Of a DNA stretch of 64,000 bases, positions 37,543 to 47,400 are shown piece after piece (the first letter of the stretch is position 1; each line of letters begins with the position of its first letter). The DNA is from Planctomycetota bacterium (GTDB lineage Bacteria > Planctomycetota > UBA1135 > UBA2386): contig OZ245838.1 in assembly GCA_965228735.1 (NCBI GenBank), forward strand, positions 3,328,001 to 3,392,000, read 5' to 3'. A program made the translations under genes and the position numbers. The notes beneath the pieces are model-generated. The model did not search any database and had not been told where the DNA came from. It was given only the letters and a program-made list of their open reading frames with translations.

Positions 37543-38553
37543 TCACCCACCACGCACGAGGTCGACGAGTTCGGTCGCCGGGGTCGGGCGACGCCCCAGG
37601 GGCCGCCGGTAGATCGCGAACAACGCCCCGGCCGGCACGAGGTCGACGGGCAGCCGGCGCAGGGCCGCCCCCCGTTCTCGCGCGAGCACGTCGGGCAGCA
37701 CCGCGAGCAGCGGCAGCGCCACGCAGATCTCGAGACCGACGCGCACCTGGTCGACGACCATCGCGATCGTGCGCGGCATTGTGCCGGGCCAGCCGTCGAC
37801 CGAGACCCGCGCGCCGTCGCCCGGCGCGGCGACGAACTCCGCGCCCTCGAGGTCGTCGAGCGTGACGTTCTCCTGCTCGAACAGCGGGTGCGCGCGGCCG
37901 CAGTAGACGCCGCGCGAGATCGTCGTGACCTGTTCGGTCACGAGGCCATCGTGCGAGACCTCGGCTTCCTGGAACGCAACGTCGAGTCGACCGCCCAGCA
38001 GGTCCTGCGCCGTGCGCGACGCGTCCGGCGAGATCACGTGCGGCACGAGCTCGGGATGACGCGCCCGCAGTTCCGCGAGTCGGGGCGCGACGACCGCGGT
38101 CGTGCCCGCCCCGCTGCTCGCGACCTTGAAGTCACCGCGATGCCCCGCGCCCGCGATCCGCACCACGCCGTCCTCGACCCAGCGCATCGAATCGCGCACC
38201 GCCGCGAGCAGGAGCCGCCCGTTCGCGTCGAGCCGCAGGTTGCGGCCCGTGCGTTCGAACAACGGCTTGCCGAGCGCGCGCTCGAGCCCGGCGATCGCGC
38301 GCGAGACCGTCGACGGGGTCACCCCCAGCACCTCGGCCGCCGTCGGCAGGTGCTCGCTCTCCGCCACGACGCGGAACGCCGGCAGGAAGGCCCAGAGCGG
38401 CGCGATCCGCCGCAGTCGCTCGGCATTCGGGTTCGAATCCCTCGGATTCGAACGGGTCGGGTTCGAATCCCTCGGATTCGAACTGGTCGGGTTCGAACTC
38501 TGGTTCGAACTGGTCGGGCTCGAATCGTTCGTTGCGCTCACCGCAACAGACAT
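37543..38553 (-). CDS. LysR family transcriptional regulator
   Basis: FRVVAE..AAEVLGVTPSTVSRAI..LE..LG..LFERTGR HTH; GRLDVA; start uncertain (38553 or 38541). Confidence 0.9.
   Translation of the reverse strand: MSVAVSATNDSSPTSSNQSSNPTSSNPRDSNPTRSNPRDSNPNAERLRRIAPLWAFLPAFRVVAESEHLPTAAEVLGVTPSTVSRAIAGLERALGKPLFERTGRNLRLDANGRLLLAAVRDSMRWVEDGVVRIAGAGHRGDFKVASSGAGTTAVVAPRLAELRARHPELVPHVISPDASRTAQDLLGGRLDVAFQEAEVSHDGLVTEQVTTISRGVYCGRAHPLFEQENVTLDDLEGAEFVAAPGDGARVSVDGWPGTMPRTIAMVVDQVRVGLEICVALPLLAVLPDVLARERGAALRRLPVDLVPAGALFAIYRRPLGRRPTPATELVDLVRGG
38427..38526. repeat. tandem 30-bp palindromic repeats in the 5' end of the LysR gene
   Basis: TCGGGTTCGAATCCCTCGGATTCGAAC(G/T)GG x2 plus degenerate copies. 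Confidence 0.85.
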
Positions 38554-38663
38554 ACCAAGACATTGCAAGGATCGACATGCCCCGCGCCATCTACCAGCAC
38601 CACGCGCGCCGCCGGAACCCCGCCCGCGGCGCATCCAACCCTCTCCCAAGCCAAGGTAATCGC

Positions 38664-39767
38664 ATGTCACTTCGCAACTTCAGCCTCATTCGTACCCTCG
38701 CCCTGACCGCCACCCTGGCCGCCCCGACCGCGGTCACGGCCCAGGGCTTCGGCGCCGTCTACACCCTGTCGAACGACGCGGCCGGCAACACCGTCGACGT
38801 GTCGCTGCGCCTGCCGAGCGGTCGCCTGCTGCCGTTCGCCGACTACGCGACGGGTGGGGACGGCACCGGCGCGGGCCTCGGCTCGCAGGGCGCGATCGCG
38901 CAGACGCGCAACGGTCGCTTCATCCTCGCGGTCAACGCCGGCAGCGACGAGGTCGCCGTGTTCCGCGCGTTCTTCAACGTGTTCCTGTGGCGCACCGACA
39001 CGGTGAGTTCGGGCGGCGATCAGCCGACGAGCGTCGCGGTGTCGGGTCGACTCGTCTACGTGCTCAACGCGGGCAGCGACGAGGTCACGGGTTTCCGCCT
39101 CCGGCGCTCCGGCCTCGAGGCGATTCCGGGCGCGACGTATCCCCTGAGCCAGAGCGGCGCCGCGGGCGCGCAGGTCGGCTTCAGCCCGAACGGTGAGTGG
39201 CTCGTCGTGTCGGAGCGCGCGACCAACACGCTGACCGTGTTTCTGGTCGAACCGGGCGGCACGCTCGGCACCGCGCAGCACAACACGTCGGCCGGCGACA
39301 CACCGTTCGGCTTCCAGTTCCGGAACGACGGCCTGCTCGTCGTCAGCGAAGCGTTCGGCGGCGCGCCGGGCGCGAGCGTCACGTCGAGCTACCGCGTCAT
39401 GCCGAACGGCCAGCTCATGACGATCACGGGTGCTGCCGCGACCAACCAGACCGCGGCGTGCTGGATCGCGATCCCGCGCAACGGGCGCTTCGCCTACACG
39501 ACGAACACCGCGAGCGGCACGCTCAGCGGCTACTCGATCATGGGCGGCCAGCTGAGCCTGCTCGATCCGAGCGGCGTCACGGGCGACCTCGGCGCGGCGG
39601 CGCGCCCGATCGACGCGGACTTCGATCGTTCGGGTCGTTACCTGTTCGTGCTCGATTCGGGCGGCGACGAGATCGCGACGTTCCGTCGGAGTCCGAACGG
39701 TGACCTGACGCTGCGTCCGGGTGCGATCACGCTGCCCGATGGCGCGGCCGGGTTGATCGCGCGCTGA
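38664..39767 (+). CDS. secreted lactonase-family beta-propeller (6-phosphogluconolactonase-like)
   Basis: AVYTLSN, TGGDGTG..LGSQG, VNAGSD, ACW, YTTNT.SG; divergent from LysR. Confidence 0.85.
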   Translation: MSLRNFSLIRTLALTATLAAPTAVTAQGFGAVYTLSNDAAGNTVDVSLRLPSGRLLPFADYATGGDGTGAGLGSQGAIAQTRNGRFILAVNAGSDEVAVFRAFFNVFLWRTDTVSSGGDQPTSVAVSGRLVYVLNAGSDEVTGFRLRRSGLEAIPGATYPLSQSGAAGAQVGFSPNGEWLVVSERATNTLTVFLVEPGGTLGTAQHNTSAGDTPFGFQFRNDGLLVVSEAFGGAPGASVTSSYRVMPNGQLMTITGAAATNQTAACWIAIPRNGRFAYTTNTASGTLSGYSIMGGQLSLLDPSGVTGDLGAAARPIDADFDRSGRYLFVLDSGGDEIATFRRSPNGDLTLRPGAITLPDGAAGLIAR

Positions 39768-39833
39768 GCGCCTCGCCATCGCGCGGGCTCACGCGGACTG
39801 GCTTTCGCCGCGCCGCCGCCGCATGCTGCTCGC

Positions 39834-40589
39834 GTGCCGCGGCGGCGTCTACGAATCGGTGGTGTTCCCTATGGCGTCGGCGCGCCGCTCGTCGGCGGCC
39901 TCGAGACCGCCGATGATGTCGACTTCGTCGCGGCCCACCCGACGACGCTGATCCCGATGCTGCGTGCGGGCGAGCTCGACACCGCGCTCGTCTCGACGAT
40001 CGAGGCGATCCGGCAGCCCGGCTATCGCATTGCGCCCGGCCTCGGAATCGCGTGCAAGACCGAGATCCGGTCGGTGCGCGCGTTCCATCGGCCAGGCCCG
40101 ATTCGCACCGTCGGTGTCGATCAGAGTTCGGCGACGTCCGTCGCGCTGCTGCGCCTGCTGCTGCAGAACGTGCGCCGTGATGCGGTGCCGGGCGGTGACG
40201 TCGGCGCACTGCAGTTCGAGACGATCGTGCCGACGCGGACGCCGGCCGACCTGCCGCACGACCTCGTGATGATGATCGGCGACATCGGCCTCGCCGCCGA
40301 CCCGGGCGATCGCGAGCCGTGGGATCTCGGCGCGGACTGGGTCGACTGGACGGGGTTGCCGTTCGTGTTCGCCGCGTGGATCACGCGCGGCGATGTCGAA
40401 CCCGAACCGCTGCTGACGGTCCTGCGCCGCGCCCGCGAGGTCGGCCGCGACATCGGCGCCGTCGACGGCACGCGCGACGCGGCGCACTACGACCTGGATG
40501 CCGACGACGCGCGTGGGTTGCGGCGGTACTGGGCGGAGTGCCGCAAAGCCGGCCTCGCGGATCACCCGGACGCCGACTGGCTGATGTGA
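39834..40589 (+). CDS. mqnA: chorismate dehydratase, futalosine menaquinone pathway
   Basis: RIGGVPY..PL, SV, SSATSVAL, IGD..L, DLG..W..WTGLPFVFAAW. Confidence 0.85.
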   Translation: MPRRRLRIGGVPYGVGAPLVGGLETADDVDFVAAHPTTLIPMLRAGELDTALVSTIEAIRQPGYRIAPGLGIACKTEIRSVRAFHRPGPIRTVGVDQSSATSVALLRLLLQNVRRDAVPGGDVGALQFETIVPTRTPADLPHDLVMMIGDIGLAADPGDREPWDLGADWVDWTGLPFVFAAWITRGDVEPEPLLTVLRRAREVGRDIGAVDGTRDAAHYDLDADDARGLRRYWAECRKAGLADHPDADWLM

Positions 40590-40664
40590 CCACAGCGTTG
40601 CATTGCGGACGCGCACCGCCCGGAAGGCCAGGGCTATGCTGACAGCTCCACCGGAGGTTGCACC

Positions 40665-42026
40665 ATGCGCACTCGTCTGCCGTCGGCCACGATCGGCCTG
40701 TCTTCGTTCGTCACCGTCCTGCTGACCGCCACGGCCGTGAGTGCCCAGACCGAGTTCTGGGTCGACCCCGTGAACGGCAGCAACGGCAACACCGGCGCCT
40801 ACGACCAGCCGCTACTGACCGTGACGACCGCGCTCTCGCTCGCGGGCGCCAACGACCGGATCATGCTGCTGCCCGGCCTCTATGGCCCCACGTTCAACGG
40901 CGAGACGTTGCCGCTGTCCGTCGGTCAGGCGACGCAGCCCGGCGTCGAGATCCGCGGCGTCGGACGCACCGGCGACGTGGTGTTCGATCTCGCTGCCGGC
41001 GCGACCGCCGTGTTCCGGCTCATGAACGGCGCGGACGGCGCGCGCATCACCAACATCACGATCCAGAACATGGATCAGGTCGGCTGGTGGACGCGCGCGA
41101 TCAACAGCGGCAGCGGCGCCAACTCGGGCAACGCGGCCGACAACGTCGAGATCGATCGCTGCCAGTTCGTCGGCATCAACCGCGGCATCGTGCTGTGGAC
41201 CGCGGACAACTGCACGGGCTGGCAGGTGCACGACAACCTGTTCGTGAACTGCGCCAACGACGCGATCCTCGAGTACGTCGGCACGAACGAGTTCTCGCAC
41301 AACACGTTCTACTCCGGCGCGCAGAAGGCCTACATCAGCGACAGCTCGACGTCGACGTTCACCAACAACCTCATCGTCAACTACAACATTGCGTTCGAGA
41401 ACAACACGCCAGGCGCGCTGCTGAGCCGCTATCAGGGCAATTGGCTGTATCAGTGCACGACGAACCAGCAGGGCGCCGGCATGACCGGCACGCTGCCCCC
41501 ATCGAACGTGATCGGTACCGACCCCTTGTTCGTCAACGCCGCCGGCGGTGACTATCACGTGCAGCCGGGCAGCCCGACGATCGATGCGGGGGTCCTCCCC
41601 GCGATCGCGGGCGCCGACCTCGACGCGGTCTCGCGCCTCGTCGACGGCGACCTCGACGGCGTGCTCGAAGCCGACATCGGCTGCTACGAGGTCACGCCGC
41701 TCGATCTCGACATCAACTACGACCGAACGAGCGGCCTCATGCTGCTCGACGGCACGACGACGTTGTCGGGCGCCTACGCGTTCGTCGTGTTCTCGTTCGA
41801 CGACGGCGTCACGAGCTTCCCGGGCCAGGGCCCGATCCTGCTCGAACAGGCGTTCGTCGTGCCGTTCACGCTGCAGGGCCCGCTGCCGCAGCAATGGGCG
41901 CTGTCGTTCGCCAGCTACACGCCCCCGCCGGGCCAACGCCTCGTCTGCCAGATCCTCGGCGTCGCGAGCCCGACGCACGTCGGCGGCGCGGTGTTCGGCG
42001 GCAACCAGGTCTGGGTGCAGCTCTAG
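40665..42026 (+). CDS. secreted right-handed beta-helix protein (DUF1565-like N-terminus, choice-of-anchor Q-like segment)
   Basis: WVDPVNGSN..G..QPLLTV..A, LPGLY..GETLPL, DPLFV..GDYH..GSPTIDAG, DIGCYE; GGAGG SD. Confidence 0.8.
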   Translation: MRTRLPSATIGLSSFVTVLLTATAVSAQTEFWVDPVNGSNGNTGAYDQPLLTVTTALSLAGANDRIMLLPGLYGPTFNGETLPLSVGQATQPGVEIRGVGRTGDVVFDLAAGATAVFRLMNGADGARITNITIQNMDQVGWWTRAINSGSGANSGNAADNVEIDRCQFVGINRGIVLWTADNCTGWQVHDNLFVNCANDAILEYVGTNEFSHNTFYSGAQKAYISDSSTSTFTNNLIVNYNIAFENNTPGALLSRYQGNWLYQCTTNQQGAGMTGTLPPSNVIGTDPLFVNAAGGDYHVQPGSPTIDAGVLPAIAGADLDAVSRLVDGDLDGVLEADIGCYEVTPLDLDINYDRTSGLMLLDGTTTLSGAYAFVVFSFDDGVTSFPGQGPILLEQAFVVPFTLQGPLPQQWALSFASYTPPPGQRLVCQILGVASPTHVGGAVFGGNQVWVQL

Positions 42027-42052
42027 CCCGGCCAGCGGCGATACCGACGGCC

Positions 42053-42165
42053 GGCGGTACCGAACCCGTTTCGAATCCGCCACCTGCGAACCGGTCGGAG
42101 CGCGGAACGGAACCAGGGTTGGAGCGCCGCGGTGATGGCGGATTCGAAGCGGGTTCGGTAACGCC
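42053..42165. repeat. REP-doublet element, copy 2
   Basis: 31-nt arm identical to 19987-20017, inverted arm TGGCGGATTCGAAGCGGGTTCGGTAACGCC; different spacer; lies between convergent genes. Confidence 0.8.
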
Positions 42166-42224
42166 AAGAACGCCCGGGCTCGCGGTTTCGCGAACCCGGG
42201 CGTCGGCGGTCGCTCGCGCTGGAG

Positions 42225-43445
42225 CTACAGGCCCTGGAGCACCCAGCTCTGGCAGTTGCTCAGCGCGGTGCCCGTGACACCGCCGCAGAGGACGACGCAC
42301 TGCGACGCGATCGGCAGACCGGCGAACGCGGGCACCGGCGGCGTCGCCACGTTGAACGTCGTCGAACCGTTGCAGCCCGCGACGCCGGACGTGATGTTGA
42401 AGCCGAGCGTCGGGCCGGGGCCGACGAGCAGCGGGCCGCAGAGCGGCGGGACGGTCGGAGCACCCGCCGAGCACGAACCGATCGACAGCAGGCACCACGC
42501 GAGCGCCGCTTCGGGCGCCTGGTCGAGGCCGAGCTGGATCGTGTTGCCGAGGATCGGCGCGTTGCGCAGGCTGTGCCAGTTGGTGCAGGTCGGGCACGTG
42601 CCGTTGGCGCACGGGTTGCCGGCCGGCGAGCTGCCGCGCGGGTGGAGCGTCAGATCGGTGTAGGGATCGTTCGGCGACTGCACGAACGGGCAGCACGTGA
42701 CGGGGCCGTAGGTGATCGCCGGGCCGGCTGCGACGTAGGCGTAGTTGAACGAGTAGGTGCTCGGGCCGTCGGTCCAGTAGAGCGTGGCGGCGCCCCAGTC
42801 CGCGGCCACGCCCTGCGGCGGGGTGAACGCGGCCGTGCACGACGGCATCGGCGAGACGGTGAACGGCGAGCACGGCGTCGCGATCTGCGCGACGTAGAGG
42901 TTGCCGCCGGTGGCGTTGATCGCGGTGTAGAACACGAGGCCGTTGCCGTCGTCGACGGCGACGCCGCTGATGCGGTCACCGGGCAACGTGTTGATCATGC
43001 ACTGCGCGACGATGACGGGCGGGCAACCGATGATGCACTGCGTGAGCCAGTTCTGGTCGTCGACGATCCAGAGCTGGTTCATCGACTCGACGACGTCGAG
43101 GCCGCTCGCGTTCGCGGCCGCGGAAGACTTCGGGCACGGCATCGGCGGGCACACGATCGTGCAGCCGGTCGTGCCGGTGTAGCTCGCGAGCACCTGGCCA
43201 CTCGTCGCCCAGGTGTCGTTCGTGGTGCCGTCGAACGCGGTGCCGCCGGCCGCGAAGCTCGTGTGCGGCGGCATGCCCGGCGCCGGGCAGCCCGGCATCG
43301 CGACGCAGGCACCGTGCACGGTGCGCGCGAGCGACTGCGTCGTGCGGGTAAGGCCATTGAGGGAGTAGCCCTGCGCCGCGACCGTGCCGGCCGTGAGCGC
43401 GATGGCGAAGAGGGAGGACGTGAGAACGTGGAAGTTGTTGGCCAT
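42225..43445 (-). CDS. secreted Cys-rich protein with YWTD-like beta-propeller
   Basis: Signal ending VAAQ; 22 Cys by my count; PQGVAADWGAATLYWTDG. Confidence 0.75.
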   Translation of the reverse strand: MANNFHVLTSSLFAIALTAGTVAAQGYSLNGLTRTTQSLARTVHGACVAMPGCPAPGMPPHTSFAAGGTAFDGTTNDTWATSGQVLASYTGTTGCTIVCPPMPCPKSSAAANASGLDVVESMNQLWIVDDQNWLTQCIIGCPPVIVAQCMINTLPGDRISGVAVDDGNGLVFYTAINATGGNLYVAQIATPCSPFTVSPMPSCTAAFTPPQGVAADWGAATLYWTDGPSTYSFNYAYVAAGPAITYGPVTCCPFVQSPNDPYTDLTLHPRGSSPAGNPCANGTCPTCTNWHSLRNAPILGNTIQLGLDQAPEAALAWCLLSIGSCSAGAPTVPPLCGPLLVGPGPTLGFNITSGVAGCNGSTTFNVATPPVPAFAGLPIASQCVVLCGGVTGTALSNCQSWVLQGL

Positions 43446-43672
43446 GGGAGTGGGTTGGGTCAGGAGTCACCTCGGAAGGACCACCCCGGGCCGAGCGCAC
43501 GCGGAATCACCACGGATCGAACGCAATTCCGGCGGCTCTTGCGGACCTGGCCGATTGCGAACCGAATTCACCTCGAGAGCCGATTCTCGGGGCCACGGGC
43601 GATCCGCTGCCCGGACGTCGCCGTGCCATCGGGGCTTCACGGGACGGCAGGATTCGGTCACCATGCCGAATC

Positions 43673-44389
43673 ATGACCGAGTTCGGCCCGAGAACCGAAT
43701 CGACGTTCGTCGCCATCATCGCCGCCCGCGCGGGCCCCGATCGCCCCGATCGGCAGGATCCGCTGCGGCGCGCCGCGGACACGCTCAGCCGCGACCCGGA
43801 ACTCCGCCCCGCGCTCGCCGCCGACATCGAGGTGACCGCCGGGGACGCAGTGCAGGCGCTGCTCGCCTCACCGGTCGCCATCGTGCCGGTGTTGCAGCGA
43901 CTCAGTGACGCGATCCACCCCGAGCAGTTCGCGTTCGGGATCGGGGTCGGCTTGCTGAGCACGACGCTGCCGGCCGCGCGCTCGGCGCGCCGGCCAGCCC
44001 GGCTCGACGGTCCGTGTTGCCACGCCGCCCGCACGGCACTCGGAGCGGCGCAGAAGCGCGGCGCCTGGGCGACCGTCGCCGGGTTCGGCGCGCTCGACGA
44101 ACCGTTGACCGCGCTGCTCGAACTGATCGGCCGGCTGCGACAGCGCTGGACGGACAAGCAGGGCAGCTACGCGGTCGCGACCCGAACCGCGGCGCAGAAG
44201 GACGTCGCGGCGGAGTTCGACGTCAGTCCGTCGGTCGTCAGCGAGAGCCTCAAGGCCGCCAACTTCGACGTCGTGCGCCGCGGCGAGGCCGGCGCGATCG
44301 CGTTGTTCCGCCACTACGCCGGGCTCGAGCCGACCGCGCCAGAGAGCGACCCGGGCGCGCCCGCAGACAGCCGTCCGACACCCTCCTGA
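43673..44389 (+). CDS. SatD family protein with C-terminal HTH
   Basis: TAGDAVQ, FGIGVG, DGP..HAAR, WTDKQ, QKDVA..VSPSVVSESLK. Confidence 0.8.
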   Translation: MTEFGPRTESTFVAIIAARAGPDRPDRQDPLRRAADTLSRDPELRPALAADIEVTAGDAVQALLASPVAIVPVLQRLSDAIHPEQFAFGIGVGLLSTTLPAARSARRPARLDGPCCHAARTALGAAQKRGAWATVAGFGALDEPLTALLELIGRLRQRWTDKQGSYAVATRTAAQKDVAAEFDVSPSVVSESLKAANFDVVRRGEAGAIALFRHYAGLEPTAPESDPGAPADSRPTPS

Positions 44390-44442
44390 TCCTCGCAAGC
44401 GGCGCCGGTTTTCCGACCGCACCCGCGATACGATGCGCAGCC

Positions 44443-47400
44443 ATGTCTCGACGTCGGGTCGCGCGACTCGCTCTCGCCGCGCTGCTGCTGGCCAATGGTT
44501 CGAACGCGCAGCGCGTGCTGCGTAGCTTCACGGCCGACGATGGCTTGCCGCAGAACACGGTGAACTGCCTGCTGCAGGATCACCTGGGGTTCCTCGTCTT
44601 CGGCACGCAGAGCGGCATCGCGTGGTACGACGGCAAGCGGTTCACGACGTATCGCGCCGACCCGGCCGACCCCGACAGCCTGCCGATCGACAACGTCTGG
44701 GCCATGGTCGAACGCAGACCCGGCGAACTCTGGTTCGGCGGCCACCAGGGCCTCGCCGTGCTCGACCGGCGCACGGGCCGGGCCCGCCGGATCGAGACGC
44801 CGATCGCCAACCTGTCCGTCTACGCGCTGATGGTCGACGCCAGCGAGCGGCTGTGGGTCGGCGCGGCCCAGGGTCTGCTCTTGATCGGCGACGACGACCG
44901 GTTCATGCAACGCGAAGGGGCATTGGACCGGGCTTACGTCACCGGCCTCGCCCCGGCGCGGGACGGCGGCCTGTGGGTCGCGACCAACGGCCAGGGCCTG
45001 CACTACTTCGACCCGCTGGCGGGGACGTCGCGGCCCTACCGCCACGACGACGAGGACCCGCGTTCGCTGTCGAACGACCGGGTCTGGAGCGTGCTCGAGA
45101 CGAGCGACGGCACCGTATGGGCCGGCACGCGCGTCGGCCTCAACCGGCTCGATCACGAGACCGGCGCGTGGGACCACTTCCGGCACCATCCCAACGACGC
45201 GACGAGTCTGCCGAGCGACTGGGTGTGGCGGATGCTCGAAGACTCCGGCGGCCGACTCTGGGTCGGCACGCGCCAAGGCGGCCTCGCCCTCTACAACCCG
45301 GCGACCGCCACGTTCGAAGCGTTCCGGCGCAGCAATGCCGAGCCGAGAGCACTGATCGGCGATCGCGTCGCCTCGCTGGCCGAGGATCGTCGCGGCCGGC
45401 TCTGGGTCGGCACCACGGGCGGCGTATCCCTGATCGCTCCACGGCCAGCGCCGTTCGAGCCATGGGGCCCGGAAGCGAAGACCGCCGACACGTTGCCCAA
45501 CACGACGACGTGGGGCATCACGGACGCGCAGTCGCGCTTGTGGATCTGCACCTACGAGGGACTCTGGGTCGTCGACCCGCAGGCCGGAACACAGCAAGCG
45601 TTCCGCCATGACCCCGAGGATCCGACGTCGATCAACTCCGACTCGGTTTACCACGTCGCCGAAGACGCGGAGGGCCAGGTGTTGGTCGGAACCGCGCGGG
45701 GGCTCTGCCGGTTCGACTCGGCGACCGATACGTTCACCCGGTTCGAGAACGACCCCGAGAACCCCGACTCGCTCCACCTCGGTGGCGTCTATCGGCTGTA
45801 CCGCGACCGGCGCGACCGCCTGTGGATCGCTGCCGGCAGCAGCCTCGACCGCTGGCTCGGGAACGGTCGCTTCGCGCACTGTCGACCTGATGCGCGCAAG
45901 CGCCGGGCGATCTACTCCATCACGGAGGACACTGCCGGCCGCATCGTCTTCGGCGGCCACGACGGCCTGTGGCGACGGCACGATGACGGCACGATCGAGC
46001 GGCTCGGCGAGCACGTCGATGCGTTGCGACGTGGCGTCCTGACCATCGAACCCACGGGCGACGACCAGCTCTGGGTCGGCGGCCAGCTCGGCCTGGTGCA
46101 CCTCGATCTCGCGACGGGCAAGACGCGCACGATCGACGAGAGCGACGGCCTGCCGAGTCCCATCGTGAACACCGTGGTCGAGTCACCGACCGGTGAATTG
46201 TGGGTCTCGACCAACTGGGGCCTCGCGCGGATCGTCGACGTCAACACCGCGACCGAACGGATCTTCCGCTACACCGGCAGCGACCTGCTACCCGGCAACG
46301 AGTTCAACATGGGCTCGGCGTGCCTCGACTCCCGGGGTCGCCTGCACTTCGGGGGCATCGCCGGCATCATCAGTTTCGACCCCACGCGCATCCCGGTGCC
46401 GATCCCCGACCCGGTGGTCATCGCGACGGCGAACGCGGGAATGAGCGGCCGACCCGTGACCGCCGGCTCCCGAACGCGACCGCGATCGAAGAACCTGCTC
46501 CTGCCGCCGTACGCGGCCCACCTCGAGTTCGGGTCGGAGCACAGCCTGGTGAAGTTCCAGTTCGCCGTGATGCAGTTCGAGCATACCGACCGCAGTCGCT
46601 TCGAGTACCGGCTGGCCGGCCTCGACGACTGGGTCGCCGTCGACGAAGACTCGGTGACCTACGCCAACCTGCCGCCGGGCGAGTACGAGTTCGAGGTGCG
46701 CGGCCGCAACAACGCCGGCGTGTGGGCCGACGCCGTCAACAGCATCCGGGTCACCGTGCTGCCGGCGTGGTGGCAGTCGACCTGGTTCTTCGTGTTCGGC
46801 TCGTGTGCTGCAGCCGTGCTGCTCGCCGGCGCGTGGCGCTTGCGCACCCGGCAGTTGCGCCGCCACACCGATCTACTCGAGCTGCGCGCGGCCGAGCGCA
46901 CGGAAGAGCTCAGCACGACGGTCGAGTCGCTGCGCACGGAGATCGTCAACAGCCGGCAACTGCGCGGCCGCCTCGAACAGGCGCGCAAGATGGAGACGTT
47001 CGGCGTGATCGCGGCCGGCGTCGCGCACGACCTGAACAACGCGCTGTCCGGCATCGTGACGCTGCCGGACCTGCTGCTGGCCCGAATGCCGGAGGACGAT
47101 CCGATGCGGAAGTCGATCGCCGACATCCGCGGAGCCGGCGAACGGGCCGCGACCATCGTCCGCGAGCTGCAGTCGATGGGCCGTCGGCGACCGCTGTCGC
47201 TCACGCCGACCGATCTCAACGAACTCGTGACGAGCTACTGCCGTTCTCCGGAGTTCGAGCAGCTCGCGGCCAATCATCCGGACGTCGCGGTCGTCGTCGA
47301 CGTGCCGAAGGGCGAGGACGCCGAGCCTGTCACGATCGCCGCGGCGCCGGAGCAGCTCGTCCGGGCGCTCGCGAACCTCGCACTCAACGGCTTCGAGTGT

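Noticed and set aside
38427..38526. Possible tRNA or CRISPR array
   Set aside because: Only a T-arm-like motif with no cloverleaf; repeats are contiguous without unique spacers and no cas genes are present
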